Assembly (NCBI RefSeq): GCF_001194135.2
Contig: NC_068981.1
Span: forward strand, 70,236,627 to 70,300,626
Length of the DNA stretch: 64,000 bases
From: Octopus bimaculoides
Taxonomy: Eukaryota
Direction: 5' to 3'
The notes beneath the pieces were generated by a model, which saw nothing but the letters and a program-made list of their open reading frames with translations, ran no database searches and was not told the DNA's origin. This document shows, one piece after another, positions 1 to 13,387 of the stretch (positions within the stretch are counted from its first letter, which is position 1; the number at the start of each line of letters is the position of its first letter). The translations under genes were made by a program, and so were the position numbers.

Positions 1-3000
1 GAAATCCGGATACGTTCGTGCTGCTGGTCGTGGTGAGAGGGATAACTCCCTTGGCAAACAGGACACAGTCGTGTGTCGATAAGCCAGCTGGAGGAGATGT
101 CCTCCTGGGGCTAAAAGCAACAGTAACATCCACCCCTAGGGGTCAGCCACACTTAAGTGGCAATATACTACACTTTATATATATATATATATATATATAA
201 GTAAACAAACAGGGAGTGCGTGGCGCTGCACTGGATATTCCAAATGTTAACCAGAGAGAACACAACAAAGGCTAAATTTAAACGAAAACTAGGCGAAAAC
301 TAAATGAATGGAAGAAAGGGGACAACAGCTCGATACCAGGAACATTGGCAGCGGATTTTTCTCATCAGTTGGTCTCTGAGATGCCTTCGTTTTTTCGAAC
401 GCCTTAAAACCAAGACCACTGCTATTCCGAAGGCATCAGTGCATTAAACTTAAACAGCTAACGATTGAATCCGAGGACAAAACAAGATAACATAAATTAA
501 AATAAACATAACATAAGCGTGTAGACCAAGAAAATAATGACGAAGAAATAACAGACAAGGAACGGTACAATATTAAACGAAAATGCCTTTCGGCTATACA
601 ATAGCAGAAAGAAAAAAATATACATAGGCAATACTAACAGAAAACGTCTTTCGGCTATCGAAAGACAGTAGTAATTTAGGGCAAAGAAGAGTTGAAAAAA
701 AGTCTTAGCGGACATTAGACACTCGTATGCAATTTGATCAGTGGCAGGTCAAAAAGTACTGCACGCCTTGACTGGACACCGGTCATATGGTAGGAGAGAG
801 GATGAACGGTAGAGGATGGAGAGACGAATTAATGAGAGAAGGAAGGGAAAGGAGAAAAAGGGAGGAGGAACTGAAGATTTAGTGAGAGGGAATGACGAAT
901 AAGAGAAGGGAAGAGAGAGGCAGAAAATACATTCCAAATTTCATATAACAACACTTAGCAGTTTTTATTAATTTTCAAAAAACAATCCTGTTTTCACTAT
1001 TGGATTTGGAGATTGAATTTTTGGAAAAAGAATGAGAATAGGTTGCTCTTTTTTGCTCAGTGGTGCATACTTTTCGAATTATACTTTAATGATTTAGTAA
1101 CATAAGGAAGTTTATAAATAAGTATGGCTGCACAAATAAATACATAATCTACATTATTAGGTTTTACATCTCTAAATAATTTACTATAGACATTCCATTC
1201 CCTATTAATCTGAATGAAATCTTCATATTTCATAAGAAATTTAACTTTTAGTGTTCTACTATTTTCTTTTTCAAGAATTTAATTCTATTTATTATGAGCA
1301 TGTCCTTCTAATACACCTGATATTTTAATGTTGGAATATGCTCAAAAGTAGGACGAGTAATTTAAATAAGTACAAGGAAAGTCCTTACACGAGATGTTAT
1401 TTTTTTTAAACATGATCCATTTTCATTATTTACATTATTTACATTATCTACAATATCCGTCAAATGTAAATAATGTAAATATTGTACATAATTCCTCATC
1501 TCTTAAATATAGAACTGTATGATCCATTTTTGTTATAACTGCTGACTGCATGACTTATAGCTTCTTTGTATATATAACGAGGATAACAATTTGGGCTGCA
1601 TTTTGTGGGCATCAGAAGTTTTTTTTTTTTTTTTTTTTGATAGTTCGTCAGAAAGTTTCTCTTGCTTATCATTGCTGAATAAGGTTTTTGAAAGGTGATG
1701 TGGCGTGATGAACAGGTGTTCAAAGGGTGATATACTTCCTGTTGATATACGGATCATCCATAAAATTAGGAGAAATATCTACAAACAAAGCCTGTTGACA
1801 GTGTGCAGAATATTGCCCAATCAGGTCTTTTTTATAGGTTATCGACAGAATGGAGTGCCGTCAGGAGCTGAATGTTTCATGAGATGAACATCACTAACTA
1901 ATATAATAATAGACTCCTCATATTTGTACGCTTCTTCGGGGGTATTTTGTTTCTCATTTTTGTGTAACATATCTTCTATGAATAAGGAAATAGGATATTC
2001 AATATATATCTGAACTCATCTTGAATCATTTCTAACGTTTCTGCTGATGATAGACTGTCGACATCACAGCTTACAGAGAACTTATATTTAAAATTATTAT
2101 GATGTAGAATTTAATATGGATTAAGATTTGATTTATTGTCCACTATATAGTATCCCAAATCATGATACGTGTATGGATTCAGTACGTATATTTTCAGAAG
2201 TATTGTAAACAGATAGTCCGGCTGACATTTTTTAACTTATGGTATTTTATTATCTTGTCATTGTCTTTACTCGGATACCTATGATACGTTTTCATAAATA
2301 TTGTAATATATTTAACATTCATTATGTAGTGAACCAGAGCGATCAAGTGGTTATGGAGGATATTTTCCCTTTGAAAATTCTATCACAGTATCATCTGCAA
2401 CCGCCAAAGAATCCACATGCTTTTTGCATTATAGATATTGTGGGTGCAAATACTTATATTTGTATCAAATTAATAAAGACTTACTTGTATATTTATTGTT
2501 ATAGAAGCTAGTTTATAAATTCTGAAACTTTGTAATCAAGTGATATTCGATTTCTTTGCAAGCAACTAGGATAGCAGACTGTGATTCTCGCAATCATGAA
2601 TGAAAAACGGTGTCAAGTACCTTTTAGAACATCACCCTCTTGTGACATCCAATTAAGTCCTTTGGGGTGCCCTTCTCATAGAAAGTACAGAGGGAAATAA
2701 TTACAAGAGTGAAATTTTAATAGGTGATAAAATATGTTTTACTATTGATAATACTGATGGTAAAATATATTGTATTCCTATTTGATTACATTTGGCCACG
2801 ATGTTTTATGACAAAGTCTTATTATTACTGCAATTACTCGCAATCAGAAAACAGGCCAGTTTTTACCTCAGAAACAAAGCATGTTGAGCGGAATTTAGCA
2901 GCATAATTTAATTTAGTTAACCAATATGTGTAAATATGTATATTTATGTATCTCTGTATGTTTGTGAACACTACTAGCTATATGTAACACAATCTAATTG

Positions 3001-3499
3001 TCAACGGTCATCCGGTATCATGAATATATTTATGTATGTGTGGTTGCGTGTGCATTTCCATGTGTATGGAAATGCGTATGGCAAGATAAAATTGCTGACG
3101 TTTATGCTGATTGTCTCTATTCGAACAGTATCAGGTATTTATAATATAACACCAAGTCCCACAAACGTTTCTTACCATAAAAATTGATATGTTGATACTT
3201 TCTGACCCCACGTTTCTCCAACATAAATTTAAAACTCGAACTTCTTGGATATGAAATAGGGGTTATTCCATTGATTTATTGTCGCATTAACAAAAAGGAA
3301 ATGTTGCTACTTCTGTATTTCCCCCTTGAAAGGAGAACATAGAATGTGTAGTATAGTCGGGTTAACTAGCGTTTCTCCAGTCACAAACGCAGCTGCATAA
3401 CTTTCCCGAGCGTCAAACTAATACGCCTGCTTATTGTTTATACACCAGTTTTCGTCTTTTGTTTTTCTGTAAATTTCAACTATATATATATATATTATA

Positions 3500-3570
3500 G
3501 GCGCAGGAGTGACTGTGTGGCAGTAGGCAGCTTGCTTACCAGGAAATGTTCTCTAAGTGGCCTGTATGTT
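3500..3570 (+). mobile_element. 5' head fragment of the abundant octopus tRNA-derived SINE (GGCGCAGGAGTGGCTGTGTGG family)
   Basis: GGCGCAGGAGTGACTGTGTGGCAGTAGGCAGCTTGCTTACC matches the heads at 32523 and 40097 in this window. Confidence 0.7.
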
Positions 3571-3746
3571 TTCTGTACTCTGTTTATCATTTTGTCCATG
3601 TTTTTTTGCAACGTCCTGTACCCAGATATGCATCTATATATACATGTAGATGTAGGTATGTACATACATGTACGTATACATGCATATACTCATATATTAT
3701 TTGTATTACATGAGCGAAGGCACACGTCATCCTTGCAAGTAAGTTT

Positions 3747-3814
<68 letters not shown>

Positions 3815-3819
<5 letters not shown>

Positions 3820-4400
3820 GAAACGTATAGAAAAACGAAAGACGAAGACAGGTGTATAAACAACAAACAAGTCTTGTAGTTTGATGCTTGGGAAAAAATT
3901 TAAAAGTCTTTTATGTTTTCAAGCCTACGCTTTTTAATAGAAAACATAACAGAGAGGGAATGAAAAGAACTTGTAGATTTCAATGGTCCAGCATGTCTAA
4001 TTGCTGAGAACAAAAGAGGTTGAAAGGAAGGGAGATATAATATATACAAGAGGTTGAATGGAAGGGAGATAATAAAGTGTTAGTGATCCCAAAATTTGAA
4101 GGGCCGCGTGCCTAGGTGTATGTGAGAATAGTGTGATCAAACACTGTGATCAAACAGTGCGCATGTGTATGGTGTATATATGTTGGCGAATGTTATCTTT
4201 CTCTATGTGTGTTACGGGTGTTAATATATGTTGCATGTGTATGTATTTATAGCTTCTGTTCATGTATTATGTGCTTGTATGTATGTTGGAGTTTGTATGA
4301 TTGTGTGTATGAATGTCTCTAATAAGTATGTTGTGTGTATTGTTTATAAGATTTCTTATGTTGTGTATTTTATATCTTTTATATTTTTAAGCCTATCTGA
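3815..4400 (-). mobile_element. Decayed Penelope-like element 3' end (GIY-YIG C-terminus and terminal repeat)
   Basis: Shares blocks with 29600-30530 (AGAGGTTGAAT..GGGAGATAAT..GTGATCCC; GACGAAGACAGGTGT..CAACAAACAAG..TTAGTTT). Ends at a (TA)n tract. An inverted partial copy of the same terminus lies at about 3408-3480. Confidence 0.5.
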
Positions 4401-4453
4401 GTAACGTCCCTTTTATTCAACGGTTTTTTTTTTCATAGCCTCTATCGTCTAAA

Positions 4454-4510
4454 GAGCCGATGAAAATGCTTCTTAGCTCTTGGCTCCGGCAATTGAAACT
4501 CTGAGTTCTA
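4454..4510 (+). ncRNA. Degenerate type I hammerhead-like motif
   Basis: CCGATGA (4457-4463), stem II AAATGC/GCAATT with one mismatch, GAAA (4495-4498), stem III ACTC-T-GAGT, then T and CT able to pair with the upstream AG. The core has the U4C variant. Confidence 0.35.
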
Positions 4511-4811
4511 TCATGACAACTTACTGATTGTCCTATACTATATATCTATCTCTCTCTCTCTCTCTCTATATATATNNNNNNNNNNNNNNNNNNNNNNNNN
4601 NNNNNNNNNNNNNNNNNNNNNNNNNNNNNNNNNNNNNNNNNNNNNNNNNNNNNNNNNNNNNNNNNNNNNNNNNNNNNNNNNNNNNNNNNNNNNNNNNNNN
4701 NNNNNNNNNNNNNNNNNNNNNNNNNNNNNNNNNNNNNNNNNNNNNNNNNNNNNNNNNNNNNNNNNNNNNNNNNNNNNNNNNNNNNNNNNNNNNNNNNNNN
4801 NNNNNNNNTAC

Positions 4812-4849
<38 letters not shown>

Positions 4850-4962
4850 TTGACAACTCACTTTATATGTAGTACACACAATTCCGATGTGATTTTTATT
4901 TTCTCCTTTCGCTTGTGCATAAAACACATTCTACGAATATTAAGATTGTAAAAACTCTGATG

Positions 4963-5870
4963 TACGAGGTTGTAGTGAATAGCTCATTGACTGACGATGA
5001 AGGAGTTATGCTATAGCTGTGAAATCCTGCATGCATTAATTTCAACTCCCAATGTTTCTTTCCAGGTAAACTAACATCTAACTTTTCAAAGATCTCAAAA
5101 GTAACTAGAAACGATTCTTGTTATAAATGGGCAAAATTTGGCATCGTGCTAGGGGCATACATGGTGGCATGTTTCCTACACTAAGGAATGACACTCCAGC
5201 TTCATCAACAGTGCAAAATTGAGCAACTGGATTCAGATGGGGGATGGAGAATCTTGTAGATGCCCCAAGATCTGGTCGTTTTGAAACTGCCACCACCGAG
5301 TAAAACATTGATCATGTGCACCACATCGTGATGGATGATAGGCGATTGACTATAAATCAAATAGGCAATGGTATCAACATACCTCGTGAGAGAGTTAAGA
5401 ATACTCTGCGCAATGGAATTGGCATGACGAATGTTTTTGCTCCATGTGTGCCATATCTCCCTACACCTAGTCAAACACACACGAGACTGATCCCATCACG
5501 GGAAAACCTGACGTTATTTAGTTTCCTTAAATGTTTCCTAAAACAAGATGAATCTACGCAAGAGACAATCTACGCAGTGGAAATATCTATCTTCACTTGC
5601 ACCAGAAAAAACTGAGTTCGTTTTATCTGCAATGACGGTGAGGCTTTTGTGATGCAAAAGGCACAGTATTTATTAACTATCTTCAAAAGAGCCACACTAT
5701 CACTGGTACTATGCCAACTTGCTGAAACATTTACAAAAGTCTGTCAAAACCAAACTGATGACTTTTTCACCAAGAAGGTGGAAGGGTGGCAATGTTCAAT
5801 GATAAGCAGCATTTGGTTACTTTCCGTGAAAGTATCTTGGTTAGCCTATGAACTTTTTACCATACATTCA
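4963..5870 (+). mobile_element. Mariner (Tc1/mariner) transposon relic, frameshifted and internally deleted
   Basis: Starts with TIR-like TACGAGG. Translates to PRSGR..HHIVMDDRRLTINQI..CVPYLPT (WVPRLLT-like), QDE (first catalytic Asp region) and DAKG..FINYLQKSHTITG-like segments. Confidence 0.9.
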
Positions 5871-7329
5871 TTCACTGTTATTAGAATTCCTAGAATAACT
5901 CATGTAAATGCTGTTATCAGAAGTAAACAAAATGGACATCATAACAAAATAGTTATCTCATATTTATAATGCCACTGCTTTATTTGTATTTATATGTACC
6001 GTTGATTACAGTAGCATTCCATATGTTTATTGTTAAAAGTAGTTTTCAGCCTATTGCGTTTAGAGAAAATATGATAAATAAAGATCTGCTAATGCCTTGA
6101 GCAGATGGACGTCACTTTTTATATAAATAACTGATTTTCAAAGAAAATATGCTACTCTTATACTATTAGATAAGTAATTTCTTTTATAACAAAGTAGAAA
6201 TTACACAAATAAACCCTTTATTTTCTAAAGGAAGAAAACATGATATATCTGCATCCTATGTTTCATAAAACGTAATCGTGGTTGTGATTTCTAAACTATT
6301 TCCCATATAACTATTTCTCTGTGACTGACGAATAACCTCTCTAGATGGCTGTATACATGTTTATAGTTGGAAAATATATGCTTGAGGAATATTCTTAACC
6401 TCAGTCAATTTGACCAACCGAACTATATTGCCGGCATTTAAACAATCAAGCCTTGAAGGATAAAAGAATGAGTCTATCCTGACAGAGCTATAACTTGCAC
6501 GTTTTTACTACGTATTCCGTTGTTCTCTCAACCGATCAAGTAACCATCCTATTAACTGTGAAGATGGAGTAACACAACTTGATCCATATCACTGCAATTT
6601 CGCTTTGTTAAGTATTGTACAGATTCATTTTGACAGTGGTTTCACTTTAAATGTATTGATTTGGTAGAAGCAAGAGAAAAGTTTAATCCAAATGTTGTTG
6701 AAGAAATTTGTTTTCTCAAAGTTTGTATATTATCGAGGGAGAAAAAAAGTGACAACATCAACAAAATGTGCAACAGCAGCAATGTCAGAAATCGATGAAA
6801 ATAAATGCAGTAGTCCTTATCGCATGATAGCCTAATACAGAATTCCTAACATTTTAGGATCTTTTCTAACTATAAACATGGATATAACAGTCTTGGCAGA
6901 GATGATTCATCTGTTATGGAGAAATAGTTATATGAGAAATAGTTTACAACTCACTCTCTTGACTACGTTTTATGAAACATATTTCAAATAGCAATATATT
7001 TTTCGTTACACGTGCAGTAACATGTTGCCAGATATAGAAAAGAACTAGAGACAAAAAGAAGCCATAAACATACAGAATATTTTGTTTTCCGTCATAAAAA
7101 TTTAGAAACTTTGAGATACATAAAATATCTCGTTTGTTTTTTTAGTGGTAGAATTCGAAATAGAGAACGCTATTAATAATAGTGCGGAAATATTGGGTAA
7201 AGAAAAAGTAACTTGATGTTATAAATTAAGAACACAAAAATATGTTGTACATTTCATTGGTCTACTTTCCACAATCTAAAAACTAATTAATTCAAGCCTA
7301 AGTCCGGAAATGTTAGGGAGTATCTAATT

Positions 7330-7495
7330 GATAGCATGGACCCCAGTACTATACAGTTACTTCATTTTATCGACACCCCAATGGATGACAATCAAATTTG
7401 TTTATGGCAAGATCGGAATAAGGAACATGAATTGTCGCTATAAATACCACAAGATATTTTTCTAATGCTCTAAAGATTCTGCCAACTCGCCGTCT
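7330..7495 (-). mobile_element. Highly decayed tRNA-derived SINE (Nin-domain-like family)
   Basis: GACCCCAGTAC..TTTTATCGAC.CC..GGATGA resembles the better copies at 14221 and 50935. Confidence 0.5.
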
Positions 7496-7769
7496 TAAAC
7501 TATTTAGTAATATAAATTTAATCTAACAGAACGGAAAGAAAAGTGGCCAGGAGAATTATTAATGAATGTGCAAGAAGTAACCACTGCGTACGTCAAATGC
7601 TAATAATATCTAAGTTAATGGAAATAAACGTTTGAAAATAATTTATTCTTTTTATTATATTGAGAAATTGATATTAAAATTTCATGAAGTACTTGGTTAA
7701 GAAACTCAAGGATATTATTCTTAGGTTGTGAATCTCACGGTAAGGAATCCTTCTGAAATCGATTCGTAT

Positions 7770-8096
7770 AATGCTACAACTCCTAAATTCAGCTGCCCAC
7801 TTTTGCACTGTTGATAAAGTTGGAGTGTCATTTCCTAATGTTGCAACCATGTCAGCATGAATGTCCTTCGGTGCTACACCGTTTTCCGAATATAATTGTT
7901 AACAGCACGATGCCAAGTTTTGTCGACTTTCAAGAGAAGTCGCAACGAGTTCCTTTTGAAGTCTTCTTTGAACAGTCAAATGTCAATTTACCGGGAACGA
8001 AACAATGCAGCTATTAATAAGAACAGCTGAAATGAATGCATTAGATGCCACAACTCTTTTCTCGCCAGCCTATCAACTTTTCAACCCACCCTCCTA
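7770..8096 (-). mobile_element. Second mariner relic: 5' TIR, UTR and transposase N-terminus
   Basis: Reverse complement gives TIR-like GAGGGTGGGTTGAAAAGTT and GVAPKDIHADMVATLGNDTPTLSTVQKWAAEFR. It is clearly homologous to 5040-5230 on the + strand. Confidence 0.88.
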
Positions 8097-9566
8097 CGTT
8101 ATAGGAAATAACTTACAACTTTAAAGTGATCAGGGTATAATTTGAGGTATATTTTCCTTTCTCCCAAATCTGTCGTAAAACTACATTCGCTCTTTTTTGG
8201 TAAGCAGTTTATTTGATACGTGTTATATTATTTGGTGGTGTTGTTGAATTTTGATATGCAGTACTTAAAAAATGAATGTATCATTATGTAATATTCAAAT
8301 ATTCAAAACACAAAAATGAAATACCAGAGAAAAAATAATTAATCAATATTACAATATTGTGGATATAATCAACACATTGTAAGACTGACAAGTTTAAAAC
8401 CTGGTTCTTTTTCTGAGTTAGCTTTTACTCAAAGTATAATGTGAAATCTTTCTCGATTTTACATACATAGTCTCAATATTTTTTGGTTTATATATTTATA
8501 TGTTAGTATATACAAGCTAAGAATTTTCTCTCTCAGCACAGAGCCATTTCAGATTGCGGTCACTGACCTTTCAGATTAATTCCGTCTTGGCACACATAGA
8601 TTCCTACGCTGTCCTTTGGAATTGAATATTCAATCGCTAATGTGTGTTTAAGCTCGTCAAGTTGGAATTAAATCAGTATATGTACAAGAACGAGAGAGCA
8701 TGCAAATAATGATGTGTGCATCTATATTTGAAACATTCTCACACACTTAAATTTTAGAACATGTACGGAAACACACAGCCAGCGTCAAATAAATTCACCA
8801 ACAACTCAGATATCGGAGACACGGCTTAATTTCCTCTCCTTGCTTATAGACGCTTCAACAGTCTTATGGAGCTGGATAGGAACTGTTGTTGCTATATAGA
8901 ACCCAGCAAACAAGACATTTGCGAATGTACGCTGAGGCTAGCCAAATATTTCAATAATTAAGCCAGAATACGCACACGAAACAGCCAAGATTAAAATAGC
9001 GATGAGTACATTTATCTTAAGACAGTGCTACACACTTGAACGCGAATACCCCCCCCCACCCTTTTTTTATTTTTTCAGACTTCGTGTAAACTTTATTTAA
9101 ACAAAACAGATTCTATGTTACAACGCTCAGCCGATATCTGAGGGATACTCGCTCGAGTCTCGTAGCCCTCATCTGGCAACTTTTTTCCCTCTTATAAGGA
9201 CAAATACCCAAAGTTTCTCCGCTCTTCCTACAGATCTACTGCGTTCGAAATTCACTTTTTGGCTGTNNNNNNNNNNNNNNNNNNNNNNNNNNNNNNNNNN
9301 NNNNNNNNNNNNNNNNNNNNNNNNNNNNNNNNNNNNNNNNNNNNNNNNNNNNNNNNNNNNNNNNNNNNNNNNNNNNNNNNNNNNNNNNNNNNNNNNNNNN
9401 NNNNNNNNNNNNNNNNNNNNNNNNNNNNNNNNNNNNNNNNNNNNNNNNNNNNNNNNNNNNNNNNNNNNNNNNNNNNNNNNNNNNNNNNNNNNNNNNNNNN
9501 NNNNNNNNNNNNNNNNNNNNNNNNNNNNNNNNNNNNNNNNNNNNNNNNNNNNNNNNNNNNNNNNNN

Positions 9567-9603
<37 letters not shown>

Positions 9604-9902
9604 ATATATCCAAGAAAGTTAGGGGTTGTGAATCTAACCCACTAAGAGATTGTCCAACCGTAGCTAGCCAAGACATTTTAAAACAATAGATGACCAATTA
9701 TATGACGGGAATGAACAGCAAAAATAACCCCTCCCTACAGCCAGCAAGATTCCAACTACTCCATAAATAGAAACATAACGGCGTAACTCATCACATGTTT
9801 ATAGAGGTTTGGATATTTCTGTTAGAATTCTCACGAACTAATTGCATAAATTCCTCCATTACAAACATAACTGATACGTACGTACCCCATAGGGTTCTGA
9901 TG

Positions 9903-9936
<34 letters not shown>

Positions 9937-10722
9937 TTTGGACATTTTGTGGGAAATATAATGATACGAACCAATGCACCAGTCCTCCATTCCAAAACGC
10001 AACTAATGCGTTTGTACCAGGGAACATGTCTGTACGGAAATGTTTATGTATACATAAGTGTATGTATGTATGTGTGGGTAGGTATATATATATATGTGTG
10101 TCCTCCTAATGTATGATAACAATAATAATTGACTCATTGGTATGCATGTATGGACATTTGTGTATGTAAATTTAAATGTACATATATGTATTTATGTATT
10201 TATGTTTATTTATGTATATCCATATATGTTAAAGTATGCATATATATGTGAGTCTTTACGGTTTTTATATTTTTATATTTGGATATTTCAAATTAACCTT
10301 GTGAACTTTATAAAATATTTGAAGAAGCCTAAAGAATCATCCATGTACCTCTATTTCATCTATTTCATCTATTAATTACTTCAGCCTACTGGATTTATAT
10401 AGATAGAATGAGGCATGTCACCTCTAAGACTGAAACAACTGGAAGTAATTATCCTTGTTTGATGTCCTATTTTAATTTCTGATATTATATAGATTGTCGC
10501 ATATGTTTGTAAATTATTATTATTGTCCTTTTAGCAATCACATAAACAGGTAAATTGACACAATACAATGTCTGCAAGTTGATGAATACTACCTATTCCC
10601 CTCCATTTTCTTATTCCTATATGTATGTATATAAATGTATGTATATATATAAATGTATGTATATATATATAAATGTATATATATAAAATATATATGTATG
10701 TATATATATATATGTGTGTGTG

Positions 10723-10753
<31 letters not shown>

Positions 10754-10756
<3 letters not shown>

Positions 10757-11047
10757 ACCTACCACCCCACCACGCTACCACTCCAACGCACCATTCTCCG
10801 AGCCTTGCAGCGACTCCAGTTTGATCCCTCCACATCGCACATCTTCCCTGACCGACACCTCGCCACCTTCAAACGAAGCCACAACCTACGGGACTCTTGG
10901 TGCACAGCTTCTTCCCTTAACCCACCTTCCAACCCGGTTCGTTCCCCTGCCCCTTCCCACGCTGCCGCACATACCCTTACCTCTCGACTATTACCCTCCT
11001 CACCGGCACACACCATCGACCCTATCATATCACACACTCCTTCCCCT
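10754..11047 (+). mobile_element. Penelope-like element fragment (RT-to-GIY-YIG linker with Cys motif)
   Basis: VTYHPTTLPLQRTILRALQRLQFDPSTSHIFPDRHLATFKRSHNLRDS, then after a frameshift LVHS..PGSFPCPFPRCRTYPYL..HITHSF. This fits the PLE linker pattern TYHP..IFP..P..AFRR..NLRD.LV..FPC..RC.TC. Confidence 0.8.
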
Positions 11048-12885
11048 GACTGGTGTAGCAGCACCATAGTCAACTGCTACAAAGGTAAAGGTGACGCTTT
11101 AGATACAAATAATTACAGCAGTATCAAGTTGTTGGATTAGGTAATGAGGGTCATAGCCCAACTAATTAGGGAGAGAGTCAGTCTAGATGAGAGGCAGTGT
11201 GGGTTTGTTCCAGGGAAAAGCATCAGTGATGCTATATTTCTGGTAAGGCTACTGCAGGAGAAATATCTAGCCAAAGATAAACTTCTGTACTTGGTTTTTG
11301 TTGACTTGGAGAAAGTCTTTGACAGGGTCTCCCGAACTCTTATCTGGTGGTCAATGCCGAAACTGAGGACAACCGAGCGGACGGTAAGCGCTGTACAAGC
11401 TTTTAACAGGGATACTGTCAGGAAGGTTAGGTTTGACAACAAGTATAGTGAAGAATTCCGAGTAGAAGTAGGTGATCACCAAGGATCAGTCCTCAGCCCA
11501 CTCTTATCCATCATTGTCCTCCGGGCGATAACAGAGGAATGCAAGACAGGCTGCCACTAAGCTGTTGACCTTACTCTAATGGCTGAGTCACTGCCAGAAC
11601 TAGAGACGAAGTTTAGGGTGTGGAAGCAAGGTCTAGAATTGAAGGGCCTTGGGGTTAACCTAGCAAAAACCAAAGACTTAGTAAGTAGGAAGACTGACAA
11701 ATCACAATCCCCTTCAGGCAGATGGCCCTAAACTCCATACGATGTACCATGTGTAAGCTATGTACACATAAAAGGCGCAGCAATGTCAACGGAAGTTTAA
11801 CCGGGAACATAGTTTTTGTGTGTAGCATATGCACAGGGGCAATAAACAATGAAGTTGGGGGTGATTGCTCTGAGAGTGTAGCGACTAGAATAAGAATAGC
11901 CTGGGCAAATTTCAGGGAGCTCCTACATCTGCTGGCAACTAAGGGCCTCTCACTCAGGATGAAAGGTACACTATAAAGCATGTGTGCAAACTGCCATGCT
12001 ACACAACAGTGAAACATGGGCCATGACTGCTGAGGAAATGTGTAGGCTTGAAAGGAATGAAGCCAGTATGATCCGCTGGATGTATAATGTCAGTGTGCAT
12101 ACACCAGAGTTTAAGCGACCCGAGAGAAAAGTTGGACATAAGAAGCATCAAATGTGGTGTGCAAGAGAGACAACTGCGCTGGTTTGGTCATGTGTTACGT
12201 ATGCATCAGGACAGCTGTGTGAGGAAGTGCCACACCCTTACAGCCAGCAAGAAATGGGATGAAGTGGTGAAGCATGACCTTCGAAAATTGGGCCTCACAG
12301 AGGCAATGACAGGAGACCGAGACCTTTGGAGATATACTGTGATTGAGAAGACTCTGCAACCAAAGTGAGATTGCAGCCATGGCCGATGCCAGCGCTGCAT
12401 GTCCGGCCCATTTAAGAGTACCCTAGATGCATATGATACGCATAAGAAGAACTGTTGAGTCGAGTAAGACCAAAATCGTAGCCCCCCTGACTGGCACCCG
12501 TTCCAGTGGCCCGTAAAATGCATCATCCGAACGTGTTCGATGCCAGTGTCTCCTGATTGGCTCCCATACAGGTGGCACGTAAAAAGCACCATCCGAACGT
12601 GGCCGATGCCAGAACCCCCTGACGGGTTCCCGTGCCGGTGGCACGTAAAAAGCAGTATCCGAACGTGATCCATGCCAGGCCCACCTGACTGTCTCTTGTG
12701 CTGGTAGCACGTAAAAAGCACCCACTACACTCTCGGGGTAGTTGGTGCTAGGAAAGGCATGCAGCTGCCGAAACATTGCCAGATCAGATTGGAACCTGGT
12801 GCAGTCGCTGTCTCTCCAGACCTCCGGCAACCCGTCGAACCTATGCCAGCATGGGAAAACGGACGTTAATGATGATGATGATGTA
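11044..12885 (+). mobile_element. 5'-truncated RTE-clade LINE (RT pseudogene, 3' UTR and (GAT)n tail)
   Basis: PDWCSSTIVNCYKGKGDALDTNNY..QCGFVPGKS..VFVDLEKVFDRV..HQGSVLSPLL; C-terminal QERQLRWFGHVLRM..W..VVKHDLRKLGL. Ends GGACGTTAATGATGATGATGATG. Confidence 0.93.
12477..12735 (+). repeat. About 4 diverged 66-bp tandem units in the RTE 3' UTR
   Basis: CCGAACGT recurs at 12527, 12593 and 12659 (66-bp spacing). Each unit contains a variant of GGTGGCACGTAAAAAGCAC. Confidence 0.9.
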
Positions 12886-13387
12886 TGAGAGAGATCTAAA
12901 ATTGTAATCAGCAGACAATAAGTTGATTCTGTGGGGATAAGTTGACATGCCTTCAAGAGAAACAAATATTTTAAAAAATTTCAAAATGAATAAGTGCGCT
13001 GTAAATTTCTTCTGATTTGCACTATAAAAATGTACTTACAGACCAAAACGCGCGCCGCACACACACACACGCACGCAGACACACACACACACACTCACAC
13101 ACACTCACTCACACATGTTTATCTTCACATCTATATATGAATGATTAACTCTCTTACAGACACATACACGATTATATATTAATTTAAATTACCTAACTCA
13201 GCAATAACTAATGTTCATTTAGTGCATAATACTCTTCTGTCTACTAAACATAGCCAATGACATTTTGAAACACCACTAGGTGGGAAGTGAGTCTAACGCT
13301 ATAATAAACGCTTGGCACACTTATCATAACCACGGTGAAATAGCCAGTATTTACAATAAAGTCGCTGAAAATTTAGCTTCATAATCT

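Noticed and set aside
300-700. CTGATGAG on the minus strand (about 361-368), a 10-bp inverted repeat (380-389 and 428-437) and two ATAGCCGAAAG motifs as possible hammerheads
   Set aside because: The core elements are not arranged with a paired stem II and a GAAA..UH at the right spacing.
1496-1887. Short ORFs with a faint hAT dimerisation-like look (SPFEHLF..KLSDE)
   Set aside because: Motif spacing is wrong, a poly-T run interrupts the region, and there is no other support.
2320-2511. Possible exon SEPERSSGYGGYFPFENS
   Set aside because: Weak splice sites, an in-frame stop just upstream, and no recognisable homology.
8560-8990. Minus-strand peptide-like stretches (DELKHTLAIEYSIPKD; a hydrophobic signal-like run)
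   Set aside because: No start codon or convincing acceptor, stops nearby, and no family recognised.
9060-9266. Two strong plus-strand acceptor-like polypyrimidine-AG sites
   Set aside because: The first leads to stops in all frames and the second runs into a gap after about 33 bp, so it cannot be evaluated.
12206-12965. Minus-strand ORFs of 171 and 180 aa with 22-aa repeats
   Set aside because: They are the antisense reading of the RTE 3' UTR tandem array.
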